From positions 982,690 to 1,046,689 of the forward strand of contig CM082589.2 in assembly GCA_040954595.2 (NCBI GenBank): a stretch of 64,000 nucleotides of DNA, written 5' to 3'. The number at the start of each line of letters is the position of its first letter. The first letter of the stretch is position 1. This DNA comes from Balanoglossus misakiensis. Its lineage: Eukaryota; Animalia; Hemichordata. Both the position numbers and the translations under genes were made by a program. Of the stretch, positions 56,736 to 64,000 are shown in pieces. The notes under the pieces are model-generated. The model was not told the DNA's origin, ran no database searches, and saw only the letters and a list, made by a program, of their open reading frames with translations.

Positions 56736-59700
56736 ATACCTAAAGCAAATATGCTGATATTGTTATAGGATATGAGTCGCGAAGTGTGAAACTGATTAAT
56801 TTCAGGGGTACATTCGACTATCTGGTGTTAGATTCGCCATATTGACAGAGAGCGTAAAGTGTAGGTGGCACGAAACAATTTCAGTTTTCATCAAGTCGGG
56901 TGTAATTTGGCAGGTTGTGTGGAATGCGCAGTTAGTAATTGAAGACCATTAGTCTGTCAACATCGTTAAGCAATACTGTAGAGACGACTGAAAAAGATTA
57001 TATAGAGCTGTGTACTCCACAACAGATTATTATCACAAGATGAAACAATCTTACATGAATCTCCCAGTAAAATATTTTTATTTTTCAAAAAAATTAGTAT
57101 AATTAAAAATAACAAGCATTCACACAATCTGGTGGATGGATCTATCAGAAATGTATTTTTATAGCGCTTACAGAAAATATTATCAATCATGTGCAGCTGT
57201 AAACAAGATTTGTACTTCAAATATGAGTGTGCTTTTTGTGCATCTCGGATTTTTCCTCTGTATTTAGCCCTAGGTGGTGGTTTGCTATTTTTTAAGTCTT
57301 AAGATATTCGGTTGCATTTTACAATATCTAAGTGTCTTTACATGATCATGGAAACGAAAACCCAGAAAATTGTAATTCGATGAGTGCCAAAAAAATCACG
57401 TATTAGGCGTATTGTAATGATAACTCCCGAGGGGGAAGTGAAGTTGAGGAGGGGGAAAAATGATATGCAATCAAGAAGACGTATTTTGATTGTAATTCCC
57501 CCGAGGTTTACACACAAACGTGTGTAAATATATCTCTCATCTTGAACTTGGCTCACTAAACTGCATGTCAGAAAAATAGATGTTTTGAGTCGCTTGTCTA
57601 ATGAAGGGTCAAACCTGCAGGCAATGGCATTGTTAATATAGAGTTCTACTCTAATAAACTTGTGTATTGACAGAAAACCCTAAGTACATATTATCCTCAA
57701 TACTGTTCCCTTGTTGAAGCATTTCCACTGAATTAAGGTGATACTAAAGGATTGAACTTTCTATACACTGATTGTCAGGGAGAAAATTCAGAACACATAA
57801 AATAGGAATTTTGTGTAAGTATAGGTAAAACAGAAATTTGACTGACATTTCTTGGTGCTTATTGGGCAATCCTGTGAAATAAGAAATGAAAAGGAAAAGA
57901 CTTAGCTGCCAAAATGTGTTTGAAAATCACAAATTTTATGATTATCCAAATTATCTCAATTGAATTTGATACAGATTTTCTTAGGATGATAAACAGCATA
58001 TAAATTTGGCAATTGACTTGAAGGTGTGGGATTTATTGAAAATAATCCTATGTCTGACAGAGAGCTTGTGGAAGATTAAAGTTACGAGCTGAGTTAAATG
58101 TTATCGTTCTTGTCAAACATCATCAACGTATGTGGTCCTGAGATCATGTCATCAAGTCTGTAATGACATTGAACTTTGGTTGCTTACATGTTAAAAAAAT
58201 TGACTGTCTGAATTGAATATGTTTTCCTGCACTGACAATGAACTACGGTTAAAAAAAATTATGAATTGAAAAGCTTTCCTGTATTCACATTGAACTATAC
58301 AGTTGAAAAAATGTATGAATTGAAAAGGAACCCAAAAAGCTTTCAAGTCAGACAGAGTTGGGTCAACATAAACTTGTATAAAAAGTGACTTCAAAGGTTT
58401 GGAAAATAAATGGGTTTCATTTGACAAGATTAGCTGAATCTGAGCTATTTCAAATGAAATTTTCAGAAAATAGAAAATTCTTTCTCGGAGTTGTCTTAAA
58501 TCTTTCTCAGGAGCAAATGTGAGTGCTTGAAAAACCTGAAAAGACTTTGATCACTTCCTTGCTAGAAACATATTTGTTAATTAAAAACTGTTGCCAGGAC
58601 AGCATAATTGATTTCCCCCTTTATCATTTTTCCGGTGAAGTCTGTTTATGGAGGTCAGCGATATTTTTGAATTAGATGAACATAATTTGGGCGGAAAATG
58701 ACAGAAAGAAGACATGACATGATGTCGCAAAATTAGAACTGAAAATTTCCTTGAATGAAATTAGAATTTGAAATTGAGGTTAGTGAACTGGGTAATTGCA
58801 GAATGTTATTCTTTGAATAGACAAGCTGGATGCCGTAGTTTGATGATCTATAATAGATAGACTGGTACAGAAGTTCGTCTGGCTGTTAATGTGTGTGAAA
58901 ATCAACATATTAATTTGACCTTCAGATTTAATATGAGATCTGACCTGGCATACACAATAAGCATTGTAAATTGGAAGTAGATAATGTACAAGGAATGACA
59001 CAGAGTGCAAAGTCAATGTTAGTTGAAAGTCAATTAACATATTGAGAACTAATGACTTCACTTTCATTTTGTCAACACAGATCTGAGTCTCCTTCACTAA
59101 TCACCTTTGTAATTAAAATAGTTGGTAATTAGTAAAGGTCAGAGGATATAATTACATGAATAGGGAAAGGTTTCTTTCAAATGGCTTTCCGGTCTGGGTG
59201 TGGCTCTGTTGTTATGACGACAAGATCTGGAATGTTTTCCCAATTTTTATAGTGCAGTTGTGTTTGTCACAGCTATTTCAAGCTTCCAGTTCAGAAATCT
59301 CAAGTGGTTCCATCAGTATATGTTGCACAATTACTCTCAATATTAAGTTCAATCGATACTGAATCCATGTTTTTATCTTACCGAGCATGCTTATTTTGAA
59401 CCAGCCGTACAGGAATACTTAAAACATAACAAATAACCGAACACAAACATGTCGAAGTTCGTATGAAATGACTAACTTTCCTAGAAATGCCACACTTTGA
59501 CAGAATGTCAAGGAGAACATTTTCATTTCAAATCTAGATTAGTAGCATTAGTATCCATTTAACATTCGAAGTGACTTTGACTCAAAAAAACCATCTTCAA
59601 CCGCCCTAATGTCTGCATGAATACGTTTAATGATATCTGCTGCAAAGATAAAATGTCGAGGTGGCCACTCCACTGCAAGTTGATCTTCAAGAATAAATAG

Positions 59701-60496
59701 GGTGATTGCACCCGAAATTCTGAGCTAATTCAAGTGTGATCAGGTGTAAGACTTTCCCATTAGTCTCTCGGAATAAATTGGAGTGGCTTGGCGAGATCTT
59801 CATTACGTATTCTTTTGGGATGGGACACCCATGAATGCTGTGTCTGAACGTAAACAAGTTTGCGGAAAATGACCAGCCTCTAATCATGAATCTCAATAGT
59901 TCGCCTCTCTGTCCGTGTGATGAATCACAGTGGATGCCCGAAAAATTTGAGACGTTAACAATTTTGAGACGTTCTTTTCAAGATTAAAGTAAGATCTTAG
60001 CAACAATTGTGTTTTGACATTGTGTAGTTCAAACGCTTGTGTTTGGTTATTGTGTTTGAATGGCAACATCACATATTTCTTGTAACACTGCGTCAAAACA
60101 TCATGTTTGTCGTGTTACGTTGCATTTTTCTCTTGACATCACATTAGTGCGACATTTGAATTTATCTCGTGACATTGCATTTGTCTAGCGATATCCCATT
60201 TATCGACATCACATTGTTCATGCATGGTAACTTGGGGGAAGATAATGCATTAAGTGATTTCCCCAACTTGCAAATTGTATGACCCCTAGGATATGACCTT
60301 TCAGATCCTATAATTGATTTTGAAGGTAATTCTTCTATCAGGCACCTTGCACAAAACATTCACTATCCTCCCACCAGTTGGTCCAAATCGATTGTTTTCG
60401 ACGGTATGACAGATACAACCAAGCTAAGCCCAAATAAACAATAAAGCTTCAATAATTTTAATTTTGGCTATTTGTTCTAGTTAGTCTAATGTCTAA

Positions 60497-61219
60497 GGCT
60501 GCATTCACAAACACCTCTGGAGGGGGGGGCGGGAGAATTGAGGGGGGGGATTTGAAAAAATTGAGGGTATGTAAGGGGGGGATTTGAAAAAATTGAGGGT
60601 ATGTAAGGGGGGGACTTGAAAACTTTAACGACTAAATATTTATTTTGAGTCCACAAAAATGCAGTTTCGCGCCCTTTATTTTACAAAATTTTCTAATGTG
60701 GGAGGGGGACACCCCCTCCCACACCCACCCCCTCCATTCATCAACACCTTTCAATCATTGACTGGTTTATCCAGTGTCCCAGGTCAGGGGACTTGCCCCC
60801 ACCCCATGATAACTTTGAGCAGCGACGGTTAAATTTGTCCTCCCCAACATACCGGTAGTTGAGTTAATTTGCTTTTGCCGGGTTCATAATTCAATTCTCG
60901 GTTTACAATGTCTCCCAACACAGAATACAAATATATGTACTTAAAAAATAAAAACAATGTTCAGTTTTAATACCCACAGATGAGGGGAAACATCAGTTTC
61001 AAATTATTTTCATGGGAGCGCTGTTTTTCTTTTTACAAGATAGATAGGTGATATGTTTTGCTCAGTGAAAGAAAATGGGGGGGGATTTCAAAATTTTGGC
61101 AGTTCGGAAGGGGGGGATTTGAAAATATTGGCAGTTCGGAAGGGGGGCATGTGAAAATTAGCGGTAAAAAAAATTGAATTCTCCCGCCCCCCCCTCCAGA
61201 GGTGTTTGTGAATGCAGCC
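60497..61219. mobile_element. 723-bp PIF/Harbinger-type MITE with perfect 43-bp TIRs and TAA target-site duplication
   Basis: TIR GGCTGCATTCACAAACACCTCTGGAGGGGGGGGCGGGAGAATT at 60497-60539 and inverted at 61177-61219; TAA at 60494-60496 and 61220-61222; G-rich ~32-bp subterminal tandem repeats at both ends; no coding capacity. Confidence 0.92.
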
Positions 61220-62628
61220 TAACCATGTTTTGTCCGCTTGCTCTAGTTTTCAAACAAAGCAGACAAAACACTGCTGGATATTAGACTAGTTCTCGTAGGC
61301 GAGGCCGTTAACCCTTACACCCCCAGTTCCCTCTTTAGAGGTCCAACCTTACCATAGAAAACAATGGGTTTGGACTGTACCATGGTGGTGAAAGGGGTAA
61401 ATATCCAAGAATACAGCTCCTGTCCCGTGAATTGAATAGAGATACTGATCACTTTATTAATGTCATCAGTTTCCAAGGGTCTTGCAGACAGGTAACTAAG
61501 AGATAGATTGTCTACAGACAGGTATCTGCTTGACTCAAGGTTCACATGATAGGTTTCACAGTGTATGACCTGTGTTTGTTGGTGCCTGGACAATTCTACG
61601 TGAGAATTTATACTTCTCCTGGGGTTCTGTGAACTGAAACATCACCGCACGGTGTGTGACATTTAAGTGTTGATGTTTAGGATGTACGTGAACTATGAGA
61701 AGGCCAAATTAAATGTCTTTTCCCGAAGGATTACATTTAGAGTTGATAGAAAAAACACTTCTCCTTGTCATGGAATTTCACAGATAGCCCAACTAAAAGA
61801 AAGAAATTTAGTGCGGTGATTGAATAAAACTGAAGAGTCGCTGTGCGTCATTTTGAAAGAACTTCACTGAATGTTTCTTAGAATAACAGTTCGTCAGAAA
61901 AGTTAACTTGGCTGTTTGTTCGATTTTTACTGTGAAATTCATGGCGTTATATTTCATAAACTAGAACAGTGACCCCTTTATTTCTATACAAATTTCAATA
62001 ACACATTCAAATGATAGTTGAATTCTTTTATGCTGTAAAAAGACTGACTGACTGACTCCTCAGAACATTACTTTGCAATAAAATCAAGACGACGAAAATA
62101 TTACTGAAAGGTGGTGACTGTGTTCCCTCATCAAAAATGATACTAAGCTATCTATAATGTCTTCTTGCAAGAGACTTCAGTGTCTTCATTTAGTGACCTA
62201 ACATCCGGCATCAGATGTTTAACTGGATGGCAAAATAGAAAAATTGAACTTGGGTCACAACAAGAAGACGCCTTAAGATTCACATTATAGCAGAGTACCG
62301 GTAATTTTCCTGTTTCATTGCCAGTCTTCCAAACGAGATTGGCCTGATCTATTGAAATTGCTGCTTATATTGACCCACGCCATTCTTAATGGTAGTTATG
62401 TAGATAAGCATCTGCTGACATGAGGAAACAGGATAATTGATAGAGTATTGAAAAAGTAATTGGAATCGTATGTCGATTAATAAATGCTGCGCTTCTATTG
62501 TCCACTGTAAGAACATTACCCATGGGTGTTTCACTATTAGTGTCATGTGGGATAAGATCTACATTGTGTGTGTCATATTCTCGCAAATTGACTGATTCTA
62601 GTCTCTGGCAAGAATACACACCTAAGTG

Positions 62629-63301
62629 GTTGTCACACTGTATCAAAACACAGAACAAATGTGTCATATTGTATTAAATACTCCCATACAAGCTTGTCAC
62701 ATTGTGTCAGCCCCATGCCCATGTACTAGTGTGTCACATTGTATCAAACCCCCTACAAGGGTGTCACTTTGTATCTCCTCCCCCATGCAAGTTTGTCACA
62801 TTGTATCAAAACCCACACATGTTTGTCACATTGTATCAAAACCCATTACAAGTTTGTCACAGTGTATCAAAACCCATACAAGCTTGTCACATTGTATCAA
62901 AACCCACACAAGTTTGTCACAGTGTATCAAAACCCATTACAAGTTTGTCACAGTGTATCAAAACCCACACAAGTTTGTCACATTGTATCAAAACCCATAC
63001 AAGCTTGTCACATTGTATCAAAACCCATTTACAAGTTTGTCACATTGTATCAAAACCCACACAAGTTTGTCACAGTGTATCAAAACATATTACAAGTTTG
63101 TCACATTGTATCAAAACCCACACAAGTTTGTCACATTGTATCAAAACCCATTTACAAGTTTGTCACAGTGTATCAAACCCATTACAAGTTTGTCACAGTG
63201 TATCAAAACCCATTACAAGTTTGTCACAATGTATCAAAACCCATACAAGTTTATCACATTGTATCAAATCCCACACAGGCTTGCCACAATGTATCAAAAC
63301 C
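62629..63301. repeat. Minisatellite, 29-31 bp unit, about 22 copies
   Basis: Consensus ACAAGTTTGTCACA(T/G)TGTATCAAAACCCA(C/T/TT/TTT); homogeneous core, degenerate edges. Confidence 0.95.
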
Positions 63302-64000
63302 CTGTGCAGTACAGGGGATGTCAGCATCCTGCATCTCCAGTTGGAAAATGAGCGTATTCCCAACTTGTGATATTTCACCTTCTGGAAATATGATAGACCT
63401 TGTCTGATAACAAATTGGAATAATTGCATGGTCTTTACTCAAAATATGCTTGATTAGTGAGTGCAAACATTAAGAATCTTGCGAAATTACAACTGAAATG
63501 ATGCTGCTCTACTAATTCAACTATAATCAAGATAGTGAATGTTTTCGTAAGTATATATTCTATACTTTACTTTGTAACCCCACAGTGCACTCAACAGGAC
63601 ACAGAGGTTCTTTTCGCAAACAAAACTGTATACCCTACGGCAATATTTCCATCAGTAAAAGCACACAACAAGATTTTGCCTTGTTGTGAATGGAAAGAAC
63701 TCTTTTCACTCTGCAGAGCAGACTCAAAGGTCATTGGATTCTTGTCCTGTATGACATAACAACAAGGCATTAATTGTACAGGACTGAGGACTGTATCTAC
63801 CAACCAATATAATGATCATCGCACTCTAACGATCCACAGCAAAGCAGCTGTCTAACCATTAAAATGTATGTGGTACAGACAGCCCTTGCATTTCAATTGA
63901 AACACATCATTCTGTTTTCTCAGAAACTCTAACAGAGATACTCCTACACAAACTCGTGACCGCAAAACAACACCCCTGTTGTTTTGTACTATCTTCCTGC

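Noticed and set aside
62626-63407. Three 222-241 aa ORFs, and a superficially CRISPR-like repeat period
   Set aside because: Head-to-tail minisatellite with no unique spacers, no cas genes, in a eukaryotic genome.

Overview
AT-rich, intron-rich animal genomic DNA, probably an invertebrate deuterostome (hemichordate-like; this is inference). The first 12 kb is a compact cluster: the 5' end of an unidentified gene running off the left edge (-), a 9-coding-exon squalene epoxidase (SQLE, +), a 3-exon PEX39/C6orf226-like gene with an unexplained ~165-aa N-terminal extension (-), and a 13-exon class II xylose isomerase (+). The last two are head-to-head with only 212 bp between start codons. A laminin alpha-1/2-type gene (+, about 55 coding exons, 12030-34868) follows and breaks off at the start of LG4. 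No further laminin exon is recognisable in the remaining 29 kb, which holds an antisense 5-HT1-type serotonin receptor with an uninterrupted CDS (55123-56268), several MITEs, microsatellites and a ~30-bp minisatellite. Best leads: the apparently nested receptor in a giant laminin intron, a possible LG4-5-less laminin isoform, the extended PEX39 and its DR1-bearing shared promoter with xylA, and an NLS-like extension on xylose isomerase. Exon coordinates were read by eye and no database search was possible.
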